DNA of 64,000 bases from Phoronis australis (lineage: Eukaryota > Animalia > Phoronida), in the NCBI GenBank assembly GCA_002633005.1, contig NMRA01000065.1, positions 242,011 to 306,010 on the forward strand, in the 5' to 3' direction. Under the pieces are notes generated by a model. The model was given only the letters and a program-made list of their open reading frames with translations. It ran no database searches and had not been told where the DNA came from. Both the position numbers and the translations under genes were made by a program. Every line of letters begins with the position of its first letter. The stretch's first letter is position 1. Below are positions 52,801-61,699 of the stretch, piece by piece.

Positions 52801-55800
52801 GTTTCAAAAAGTAGACAGAGCAAACCTGCTACCTTCTTGTCTACTGAGTGACGGGTTAGGAGAGAGTTGCAGAGCCGGAAGCTCCACCTGTCTCCGCGGC
52901 CATTCTAAACATCCCACCAGAAGGGAGCGTCTTCTTAAAGATTTATAATAAGTACCGTAGTCCAGATGAACACATTTATTTTAGATATACCAACGCTGAG
53001 GTCGACCAATAGTGAAACATATCTAATAAACACAGCGGCGAAACGCGGCTCATGGAATGTATGACATAACAGTTGGCTGCAAACAGTAATTGCACAAATA
53101 TCGGGTTCTCAGTAGCTCAGTGGTAAGAGCACCACACTTGCAATCTAGAGACCTAAGGTGCGATTCCCAATCGGGGTTCCAGATTTTCTGTGTTTATTAG
53201 ATACATTTATATTAACAATAGACTAATGGATGAAAACCGACCTACAGAGTGGAAATTGATTCCAACTGCGAAAATGAACCTAACACGCAAAAATGGACAT
53301 AATGACTCAAGACCCCTCCGCAGTGTCCAATTCAGTGCAATTGATCAAAACTTTATTAACGGCAATTCCAAGCCACCTTGAGAAATATAAATTACTTTTA
53401 GCAATGAATCATCAGATCAAAGCAGAATTTAGGGGTGAAAATTGATTTAAAGGGCGAAACAAAACCTAACGAGCAAACATGTTATAATGGGTTCAAATGA
53501 ACAGCACTGAACAAAGTGGACAGAATGGGTAAGTAAAATTGCACACTAAATCGGAACAATTTATCCTTGAAGGTCAACGTTTCTGGGATAACTGCCATCC
53601 AAGTTACCTGTAGGCTGCAAATGCAAATGCATCTTCTTTGTTTCCATTGCATTGCGGACTCTCCATTAATCTGTAAAAGGTGAAGAGTCGCCGCTGAAAT
53701 TCATTCGTGTCCCAACAAAATAATTACACTACATGAACACAGAGAGTTAACCGCACAACCTCCCTTTAAATGGAAAACCATATGAAGTTGACCGTTCTAT
53801 TTTCGTGTTGTACTCACTCATGATAGACTAAATAATTATGAGTCCCCGACCGTCTTGGATTTACAGGTTATTATGTGTACATAGAAGCTTCATCTCCGAG
53901 GAAAAAAGAAGACAGGGCACGCCTGGTGACGCCATTAATATCCTTTCCGAATGGAGGTTGTCTGCAATTTTTCTACCACATCTACGGTTCCACTATCGGA
54001 GAACTAATCGTCTTCTATCGTGAGCAGGGGTTTGACACCAGAATCTTCAATGTCAGTGGTAATTACTTCATTCTTAAGAAACCCATAACTGTCATTGAAA
54101 TATTACACAGGAAAGTGCCCTTTTGAACGTCGATTAATTAAACTTATTGTTTCCATTAATTATTGATTCTTGTAATTTGTTTTATATCGATCTGTTTGTC
54201 ATCTCAAGTGTCTCCGACCCTTTAGACAGCTAGGCTCCTCTGCGTACTGAGATCGCCAAATAACAATCAATTATATCGTCAACTAGGTCCGTCCGAAGAT
54301 TCCTGGAATGCCGCCAACATCAGTTTGCCATCTGGAACGTATTCTTTGGTGTTCGAAGGTGTCATTGAAAGCGCGTATGGAGATATTGCTCTGGACGACA
54401 TTTCCATAACAGACAAGACGTGTTTTGGTAAAACATTCATTAATGATCCATCGCGTCTATTGTGCAGGTGGTCTTTGTTTCATTTCATAGCACAAGGTCG
54501 AAATGTTAGGCCTAAACGACCGTTTGCTTAATTTATGGTTGAAGTTTGACTCGCTTAGTTGGTGTTATCTCTTGCAAGGTGTTGGGTGGTTACTTTTGCT
54601 TAAAGGGATATTTCACCGCTGTGAAATTGACAATGGTAATTATCTAACCGAAGGGCTTTTTGATTTAAAAAAATCACACTCATCAGATCTTCAATTGTTG
54701 CTAAATATGCCGGTAACATAAGTTAAAGACGATGCATGCATGCACCATTTTTGAAATTGCAATTTTAAGGTTGGCCAATTCCACTATGCTCTGAATCGAG
54801 TCAGTGTTCTTTATGGTAATGAGAGTAGAATCCTACCATCATAAAAAGGAATAATTTGAGGTTGATTTTATGATCGTGAAAGGTCTAGTTCGTTTTTTGT
54901 TTTTCGGACAGCTAAACCGTGCGAAATCTATCTTTAACACGTAGTATAAACTGGTCAGTGCACTTGGAGAATGTGCGAGGGTGTGTCATTGATAATTTAG
55001 GCGCGTTTTCGCCGGTGCAAACATTAATGCTAGTGTGACAAAAACTGCACTTACACCACTTGCGCGTGCGACCTACATGTAAATTAAACATGAATCTCAT
55101 GAAGTATTTTGGTTAAGTTCAAGAAACTTGTCTTATTTTTTCCTTGCCAGAATAACAATTGGTTTCAAGTATCGAAGTGCGCTGAACTATCACCTGGAAA
55201 CAATCTAGAGACATTGTATCATACGAAGTTTCGCCAACCCCTTCAGAAAAGTTATGGAAAGGTTTTATTTTTGTGTTTGAGTAACCTGGTATAATCCACG
55301 TTTATGGTGTGGGGTCAAGACCAAATGGGATTTTGAACTTATTATCAGGTGACGTCCCAACGAAAGTTCCTAGACTGTTGTTCGGGTGCACTTTTGAAGA
55401 CAAGTCGTTGTGTGGGATATCTCAGAATCAAAATGATGATTTCGAGTGGACTCTCAACAGAGGATTTTACACGTCATCATCTGCCAGACCTCTCACCGAT
55501 CACACGACGAGGTCTGCTGCAGGTAATACACATTACATTCTTGCAGAATTCTTATCCGTTCAGGTTTCTCAGAAAGTCTGTTCAAATAATACTTTTTGGC
55601 GCATCTTCGGTTAAAACGACCTAAGGTTGTAATTATTATTTTTAACGACTTTTTTTGAAGTACATGAACTTATAATTGCATGATGCTTCCAGTGAGCTCT
55701 TTATTTAAGCAAGCAGTAGCTTGCTTGCGCTCGATAGCGCCCTATATACAACGGTGCATTGCGAAACTCGTAAGCAACTGTTATTTTTTCACTAATATCT

Positions 55801-58800
55801 TTTTACTAGCGCGAGGGTTCGGTTTATTTTTTTAGGATTTTTCTTGAAGACACCTGCCATTTCTAAGAAACTGGATCAGCGAGGAGACCTCTTTCTTCCC
55901 AAACTAAGCCAGTCTTCCGAGGAAAAATGTTTGAGATTCTTCTACAATGTAGACAAAGTCCAAGTTGGGTCGCTCTCTGTGAGCGTCCGCGAAAACGGGA
56001 TAGTCAAGTCACAATGGAAATACTCAGGTAACCATTGCTTGGTTTAGCTTACATGTACGTGCATTTTATTGTACATATTTTGTGCGCAGCCGGGCTTGAT
56101 GGACAGGTGTCAGAATATCGATATCTCTGAGTTAGGTGGAACGGAGCTTGGTTGGAAGACACCATCGCCATCACCATCATTGTCATCATCATCATCGCCG
56201 TCGTCACCATCACCGTACACTGTACGTCGTCATAATAGCTATATCCATTATCATAGTTATCCATCATCGGTAGGCCTACCATCATCGTCGTCGTCGTCAT
56301 CGTCACCGTCGACATGATTGTTGTCATCGTAGTCATCAGCATCATCGTCGTAGTCATGATCGTCATCGTAAACGTTATCATCATAATCATCGCCATCAAC
56401 ATTATCGTCATCATAACTGTCATCACCATGACCGTCATCGTCATAGTGATGTCATTTTCTAGTCTTCTACTGACTGTTACGAGCAATTTTCCACGTGTTT
56501 ACTTATTGACCCTATACATCTTCATGCAATATCCGCAGGCCCTGGAGTGTTGATTGCTTCCAATGGAAAGGCCTGTGTGTTCCCCTTTCTGCACCAAGGA
56601 CAAAGTTATACAAGGTGCATCAAATACTTTTTCCGATCTGAATACTGGTGCGCCACCTCTCCGCAGTACTCTTCTCTCTCACAAGCTGATTGCCCGCGTG
56701 AGTATTAGTAAGTTTATCTACCTCAGTGACTATAAAACAGCCTCACGTTCACGACTACAGAGTTTTCGGCGATTGTTTCAGCTGTTGTTGAGCTTGCCGT
56801 GTTTTTTAATGGAATTGTCTGGGTTGTTTTAGGAGAAACGTGCTTGCATTTCCTTGTGAATTATCTCTAATTCTAATAACAGGTAAAGGAAATGGACGAG
56901 TTATCCACTTGAAAATGCATAAATTAGAATGAAATTCTGGCTTTCTTCATAATGACAGTCTGCGCTAATTCGGCGTAAGAAGTGGTCTTTTGAATTTGTG
57001 GAATGTGTGATGTTGCACAGTGGCCTCAGGATTAAATAAGTTATGTAGTCAGTCATGGTCAGGTAACAAGATTTCAGGATTGAAGAGATGTGTGAATTTA
57101 CAGATGAATTGAACATATATTTGTGTGTGGTGTAAAAAGTAATCAATTACATTGCTACGACATTTGCAGGCAGAAAAATAACAGGTTGGACATTAGCAGA
57201 GGTTGACCTTCCTGCCGGAGATTATGATGTCATTATTTCGGGAGAAACTCCACGTCAGTTCAGCACGCCTTTCAACGACATTTCCCTCGATGATATTCGT
57301 GTAACTATAGGGCGGTGTTACCCGCTAATGACTACCGCGTCAACGTATAAACCGACAACAGAAGGACACACGACTCGTACGATGTCAACCAAAAGGTTGC
57401 CAACAACAGCCAGCTCGACGAAAGCAAGTTCAAGTGCAATCACAGCTTCGGAGAAAACGACCACAACAAAATATAATACAACACCAACCAGCTCCACAAA
57501 GTCGACGTCAAATGCCCCTATATCCTCTACCGACGCTAATATTCCTTCTACAACAACGTTCAGGAGATCAACAGCAGTGACCTCGTCCAGTGCAGTTCCC
57601 GTGTCAACTTCTCGTGTTACGTGGCCGCTTACTAGTGTCGGAACTGGAAGTACAAAGCAAGAGAAGAGCTCTTCGAAGAGCATCACCCCTGCTTCTGCTT
57701 CTACCACGAGCACTGTAAGGACAACACCAGTCACAAACGGTAAAACACATTGGAAGACATCATTCTTTCTATGCACTGTAGCTGACATAACACCAATAGC
57801 CCGTTTAGAGTTGCACGGACTGTAGCACCCCTATCTTCCTCCTCCTAACGCAAGACCGCAAGCTGATTGACGTCAAATATTTATCTGTACACGTTTTGCT
57901 TAATTTTATTTTTTGTTTGATGTTATATTTACAGTGCCGGATTTAGGGGGACAGCAAGGTGGCCATGCCCCCTCCCCTCTAAAAGTCTCTCATTCCATTT
58001 AGCAGCTCGGGCGTGCGAATGTCTGACGGCAAAATCCTGACTAATACTCTCTCCAGCCCCCCCCCCCTAACTCAACATCCTGGATCCGCCCCTGATTTGT
58101 CATTGTTATGCAGCGTCATGAATCTCAATCTTAAGTCTGATCGCTTGACAAAACTAGAATAAGTATGGAGAAGAAAGCACCGTCCAAAGGAATCGTGTGT
58201 AGGTTTAGTATAGACTACTACCGGTAGGCTCTAGTCTTTTTTGAATAACCTTCCAAAGTTTCTTAACTGTACTGTACCGCTACATGTGCCAATATTCTGA
58301 TGAAATTGCCGTAATATGCTTTGTAGCTACTTGTTCATATGGCGTCAGATGGCATGTGGGATCATATAGAAACTTTCAGATGCGAAGACTCGGCACAGAG
58401 CCTCAAGTTCCCTTGGAAACGCCATCATTAATTCAACAGATCTGTTTTTGACGTTTTCAGACCTCGTGTCGACGAGAATAGCACAGTCGACGAGTGTTGC
58501 TATCCCGTCGCTGATAACGCCGTCAACCCAGAAACCGCTCACAGGTGTCACAACACTCTCAGCCAACAACGTCGACCTCGGGGAACAGTCCCAACAAAGC
58601 CAAGGTCATTAATTCCTATACGAAAGTTTTACTTTTTATATTTTTGCGAAAGACGTCGCTCTAGTCGGCTGGCAAGTTTGTAATACGGTACACGTTAGTT
58701 TTGGCATACGTAGTAAACGACTTTTTTATTTTAGATAATGCAATACAGATAACTTAATTAATATTAACTTTTGTAGACTATACGTGAGGAGATCACTTCT

Positions 58801-60309
58801 GGTGTCTCTAACATTTGTTATTCATTGAGGTTTGAACTATTATGAATAAGCAATTTGAGCAATTGACTAGGAAAAACTCGCCGATGTTCCTGAGAGCAAT
58901 GGCGATTTTTCAAGTTAAAGAGGGTGGTCATTGTCTTAAATGTGGTTTAAACCCCCACTGTGTTTGTCATTAACGTGATTTCCAGGTACAGTTCCTTTTT
59001 GTATGGCTTAATTGAACCACAGATACTTATGAGAGCAAAATCAGAAAAGTGGGGATGTCCTGTTTCCTAATTGTAAATGTCCTGCTTAAACCTCGATGAA
59101 CGAAATCGTTCCTGGCTAAAACTAATCACCCAGACATTCTTTGCATCTTAAACAAACTAATTACAAATTGGAGTCACGTATTTGTAAAATTTATGAAAAT
59201 GAAAATTAAAAAACCTTATCATAAAAATTATGTGTTGTTTTCTTATTTCTTTGGTGTTGTTTTGGTTAGATAAACAACAAATAACGTGCCTTCCGCATCT
59301 GAGGAGGAATTCAAAAACCAGATTGACACACTTGAATAGTGAGGTGACACTGGACTCGTCACCGTAAAAAATTAAATGTGCTTACGTTTCCTTCGTTTCT
59401 TCTTTCCATGATGATCGATTGGATTTTGTCAAACTATCAACTTGATGTTAGGCTCGAAAATGTCTTTAGACGTTTCAGGACTTCTAGCTTCGAAAGTTTG
59501 TATTTGTGCTGTTAAAGATAAGACTTTGTTAAATATTGTTTTAGACTTGATGCCCGTAATAGCTGGTGGCGCGGCCGGCGCTGGAGGTCTGATTGTTGCC
59601 GTAGTTGTGGTGGTGTTGGTGATGCGCAAACGGTAAGTTGAACAAATGTTTTGTTAAAGATAAGGGTATGGGATTGGCAACCGCTTCTCATGTGTGCACT
59701 TTAAAGTCACTTTAAGGGTACAACACAATCATTTCCACCGTTTTTTACCATTTGAATTCGTATATGAACGGTCCTGTTGTGGCATATACTGTCGCACTCG
59801 ACACATATTGTAGCCCGGGAGACAATATATGTGGAGGGCGATAACATACATCACAACGATGCCTCGAGTCATTTACTACAGAACCACGCGCAGACGGGCC
59901 GAATGAGGCTCGTGTTCGAGTGAGCTATCAGTTTATTGATAACCTCGTGTGGTTTTAGTTAAGTACACTTTGCTTTGTTTGACTTCTGACGAAATGCACG
60001 ACTATTTTACCAGACCTTATATGATTTAAAATGCAATCTTAGGGTAAAACATTCTTGTGGCAGCACGTTTCGAGAATGCTTGCTAACTTCATTTGTGGGC
60101 AGCCTATAAACTTCTTTGTTTTTTGAAAGTTTGCATAATCTACATGTTGAGCTTTGCCTCAACATAATTCAATGAACTGTTGTCTTTCTTTCAGAAATTC
60201 TATGAAGGCAGACGACCGAGAAACACTTGCGCAAAGGAACATGGAAAATTCTATTGACATGAATAAAGAACTGGTGTTTGAAAATAAAATGTACGACTCG
60301 TTGGCTTGA
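37768..60309 (+). CDS. Multi-exon type I membrane protein: 5 MAM domains (MAM1/3/5 each with an inserted FN2 module), mucin-like S/T regions, TM and short tail; ~1,900 aa; start codon not identified
   Basis: The 19 exons from 38578 to 60309 total 5666 nt (2 + 1888 codons) with no internal stop. All extracellular introns are phase 1. MAM motifs CxFE..C..Q...DD.DW...DHT..G.Y...CL.F.Y...W...DD...C are present. Confidence 0.85.
38315..38497 (+). pseudogene. Decayed C-type lectin C-terminal half
   Basis: [31 protein letters not shown] has the CTL C..W-x4-C-x7-C spacing. DG...RNW occurs just upstream in another frame. No clean splice sites. Confidence 0.5.
38578..38733 (+). CDS. MAM1 exon a ([22 protein letters not shown]...DHTTG)
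   Basis: atttcag/gtactt, 156 nt, phase 1-1. Confidence 0.9.
40222..40410. mobile_element. MITE of the CATGCGCGCACCC family, internally deleted copy
   Basis: Shares ccatttggcgaagtgggcaaaaaggtc with the 46082 copy and ends gggtgtgcgcatg. Confidence 0.75.
40516..40707 (+). CDS. MAM1 exon b (GSYVSTRS...CLTLYYNMD...LWTRQG), GC donor
   Basis: tttag acceptor and donor ag|gcaagt. 192 nt, the same as paralogous exons 46404-46595 and 55836-56027. Confidence 0.85.
41174..41332 (+). CDS. FN2 exon 1, inside MAM1 ([42 protein letters not shown])
   Basis: ttttacag/gtaaat, 159 nt, phase 1-1. FN2 CxFPFxYxG..C..C..C pattern. Confidence 0.9.
42545..42720 (+). mobile_element. tRNA-derived SINE head
   Basis: A-box tggcttagtgg and B-box ggttcgagtcc at pol III spacing. 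No intact cloverleaf. Confidence 0.6.
42953..43324 (+). CDS. MAM1 C-terminal part, short linker, MAM2 N-terminal part
   Basis: KTLTGWTRV...[12 protein letters not shown]...KCDFETSLC...DHTLG. taatag/gtaaga, 372 nt. Confidence 0.9.
43773..43967 (+). CDS. MAM2 exon b (GYYVYIETS...GDRARLLTP...[10 protein letters not shown])
   Basis: attag/gtaagt, 195 nt, phase 1-1. Confidence 0.9.
44350..44490 (+). CDS. MAM2 exon c (PSDDIWRKA...LVFEGVV...GDIALDD...C)
   Basis: tgaag/gtactt, 141 nt, the same length as paralog 54287-54427. Confidence 0.85.
44988..45161 (+). CDS. MAM3 exon a ([14 protein letters not shown]...DW...DHTRK)
   Basis: ttccaag/gtaaaa, 174 nt. Confidence 0.9.
46082..46339. mobile_element. 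MITE with CATGC(A/G)CGCACCC TIRs and a 5-bp TSD
   Basis: catgcacgcaccc ... gggtgcgcgcatg, flanked by tattt at 46077-46081 and 46340-46344. Confidence 0.85.
46404..46595 (+). CDS. MAM3 exon b (GSYLSTRS...CLRLYYNMD...LWSTSG)
   Basis: ctgcag/gtatgt, 192 nt. Confidence 0.9.
47427..48154. mobile_element. Foldback-type MITE with long TIRs containing ~21-bp tandem subrepeats (aatcaacgcgcacttttgctc)
   Basis: The left arm gcgccaaagggctcttaaacga... is inverted to the right arm ...tcgtttaagagtcctttgacgt. Subrepeats lie at 47480-47700 and, inverted, at 47980-48100. Confidence 0.75.
49196..49354 (+). CDS. FN2 exon 2, inside MAM3 ([42 protein letters not shown])
   Basis: ttttcttacag/gtaaag, 159 nt, phase 1-1. 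Confidence 0.9.
49955..52105 (+). CDS. Large exon: MAM3 C-terminal part, ~620-aa S/T-rich mucin-like region, MAM4 N-terminal part
   Basis: atttcag/gtaacg, 2151 nt open. Begins RSLTGW...[12 protein letters not shown] and ends FCDFQKSFC...DHTTQSSSG. Confidence 0.92.
52673..52948. mobile_element. 276-bp insertion flanked by a 12-bp direct repeat
   Basis: taagtaccgtag at 52661-52672 and 52949-52960. Subterminal imperfect inverted repeat aggaagactctccc / gggagcgtcttctt. Confidence 0.55.
53020..53203 (+). mobile_element. tRNA-like sequence (53103-53180) enclosed by perfect 16-bp inverted repeats
   Basis: tatctaataaacacag (53020-53035) and ctgtgtttattagata (53188-53203). A-box tagctcagtgg and a degenerate B-box ggtgcgattcc. 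Confidence 0.6.
53867..54058 (+). CDS. MAM4 exon b ([10 protein letters not shown]...DRARLVTP...[10 protein letters not shown])
   Basis: tttacag/gtaatt, 192 nt. Confidence 0.9.
54287..54427 (+). CDS. MAM4 exon c (PSEDSWNAA...LVFEGVI...[10 protein letters not shown]...C)
   Basis: aactag/gtaaaa, 141 nt. Confidence 0.88.
55349..55522 (+). CDS. MAM5 exon a ([22 protein letters not shown]...DHTTR)
   Basis: ttatcag/gtaata, 174 nt, the same as 44988-45161. Confidence 0.9.
55836..56027 (+). CDS. MAM5 exon b (GFFLKTPAI...CLRFFYNVD...QWKYSG)
   Basis: ttttttag/gtaacc, 192 nt. Confidence 0.88.
56160..56455. repeat. Intronic degenerate (CAT/CGT)n microsatellite
   Basis: Runs of catcat and cgtcgt. Explains the M/T-, S- and I/V-rich spurious ORFs. 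Confidence 0.9.
56539..56697 (+). CDS. FN2 exon 3, inside MAM5 ([42 protein letters not shown])
   Basis: ccgcag/gtgagt, 159 nt, phase 1-1. Confidence 0.9.
57170..57739 (+). CDS. MAM5 C-terminal part plus ~140-aa S/T-rich stalk
   Basis: tttgcag/gtaaaa, 570 nt. RKITGWTLA...[13 protein letters not shown] followed by a T/S-rich run. Confidence 0.9.
57932..58094. mobile_element. GC-rich MITE (CAGTGCCGGATT...GGATCCGCCCCTG)
   Basis: Imperfect TIRs. Flanks attta/atttg suggest a 5-bp TSD with one mismatch. Confidence 0.65.
58461..58604 (+). CDS. Juxtamembrane stalk exon ([12 protein letters not shown]...QSQ)
   Basis: ttttcag/gtcatt, 144 nt, phase 1-1, open. Confidence 0.7.
59545..59632 (+). CDS. 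Transmembrane exon ([29 protein letters not shown])
   Basis: gttttag/gtaagt. Hydrophobic helix followed by an RKR stop-transfer signal. Phase 1-2. Confidence 0.9.
59776..59960. mobile_element. Hairpin-ended non-autonomous element (Crypton-like)
   Basis: An imperfect hairpin gttgtggcatatactgtcgcactcgacacatattgt...acaatatatgtggagggcgataacatacatcacaac (59776-59857), plus inverted agaaccacg / cgtgtggtttt. Confidence 0.45.
60195..60309 (+). CDS. Last exon, cytoplasmic tail ([37 protein letters not shown])
   Basis: tctttctttcag acceptor, phase 2, TGA at 60307-60309. AATAAA candidates at ~60478 and ~60736. Confidence 0.85.
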
Positions 60310-61468
60310 TGAGAGCACCACCTGGGCAAAACGTAATTGGAGGAATACATGTACTTGTCCTGTGTTTGAATGGGGTTTACATGTACATGGGTGAATCCAG
60401 AATTTCCAATTAGGGGGGCCAGGGCAGAGTGTTAGCCAGTATTTTGCCCGTCAGATATTCGCAATCCTGAACTGCTAAATAAAATCTGCCCCCCCCCAAA
60501 TCGGCCACATGTATAGCTAAATCATAGACGCGTCGTTGACAAGGTTTCTTTTGTAATTCGCTGACTTTTCTTGTGATCTTAGTTAAATGTCTTCATAGCT
60601 AATACTTCCACTAATTACTTCAATTAATGTTCTATGAACCTGCCCACTTTTAGAATATTGTGATGTTGTTTGGGGCTCTTGTAATAATGGTATCAGATAC
60701 CATTTACAAATAATGCAAGAAATATTTTGAAGCCAAATAAATTGATAAATATCGACTCTGTGTACTAGTATTCCATCTCTTTGGGCTGGCTAAAACTGGA
60801 TGTGGGTATACAATGTACTAGATTACCATGTGTGTTAAGCTATGTTCAAGTGTTTACATGACATGGCACCTGCAGTATCTTTGAGATGAAAATTAGTAAA
60901 GCAGACTCACAACAGAAATACTAAGTCTAGTGACAGAGGCATTATTTATATTCACAAAACCCGAACTAATTCTGACAATCACTCCTTTTTCCACTCTGGT
61001 GCCTTATTATGGAAATGTCCCAACGTTGGTCAACGTAATTCTATTGACAGTTTAAGGTCCAGGTACCTGGAAAATGTTAATAATTTTGATAATTTAATTG
61101 TATTGCATTGTCTTTCATTCGTTTGCGTCAAATTTCTTGATAACATTTCAGTTGTACATGTTCATTCTTATACCATCATGTTAACTAGCTTTTTACTGCT
61201 TTCCTTTGATAAGGATCCAATGGGAGGCCAGTTGTATGACTGAAGAGAAGGTTTTATCCTAAATAAACATATCTTACGATAACAAAAAGGTATAGGTTTT
61301 TGATTTAGAACACTTACCGTTTTAAAATTCAGTTATTTTCAAATTACCATTTATTCAAATTAGATGAGGTAGCTTCTTGGCTTGGAAATGTGTAAGCAAT
61401 TCGTTTCTGCAATTGAGACAAGCGGTCTGCTCCTTGGAATGTGACGTAAAACTTAATTTAGACATCTG

Positions 61469-61618
61469 GGCTGAGTTGCATAAGGCTGCAAAAGTTATCC
61501 GCTGCATAAGTATGATTGTTGCACGACGTCAGGTGGATTGTTCAACAATAACAACGTGCCGCATGATAATGCGACGTCATTGTTGCTATACGGCGTATAA
61601 GTTTTATGCAACTGGTCC
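61469..61618. mobile_element. PIF/Harbinger (Tourist-like) MITE
   Basis: TIRs ggctgagttgcataa and ttatgcaactggtcc, with a 3-bp ctg duplication on each side. Confidence 0.55.
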
Positions 61619-61699
61619 CTGGTCTTACTTTTATAGGCCAACATATGTGGTATTGTAAAACACTAAGTATTTGAGGCGACGTTGGTATTCATTTGTATT

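Larger units (their letters stand above)
52331..53540. mobile_element. Degenerate foldback-like element carrying nested insertions
   Basis: tcattatgtccatttt (~52350) is inverted to aaaatggacataatga (~53290). Similar aatgggt/tggac motifs occur at 53485-53530. Boundaries are approximate. Confidence 0.4.

Noticed and set aside
56049-56553. Met/Thr-, Ser- and Ile/Val-rich ORFs
   Set aside because: Translations of an intronic (CAT)n microsatellite.
51015-57788. Val-rich minus-strand ORFs (51015-51305, 51570-51797, 57318-57788)
   Set aside because: Antisense shadows of the Thr/Ser-rich mucin exons.
59270-59344. Possible extra stalk exon in the MAM gene
   Set aside because: The donor phase does not match the TM exon, and the model is complete without it.
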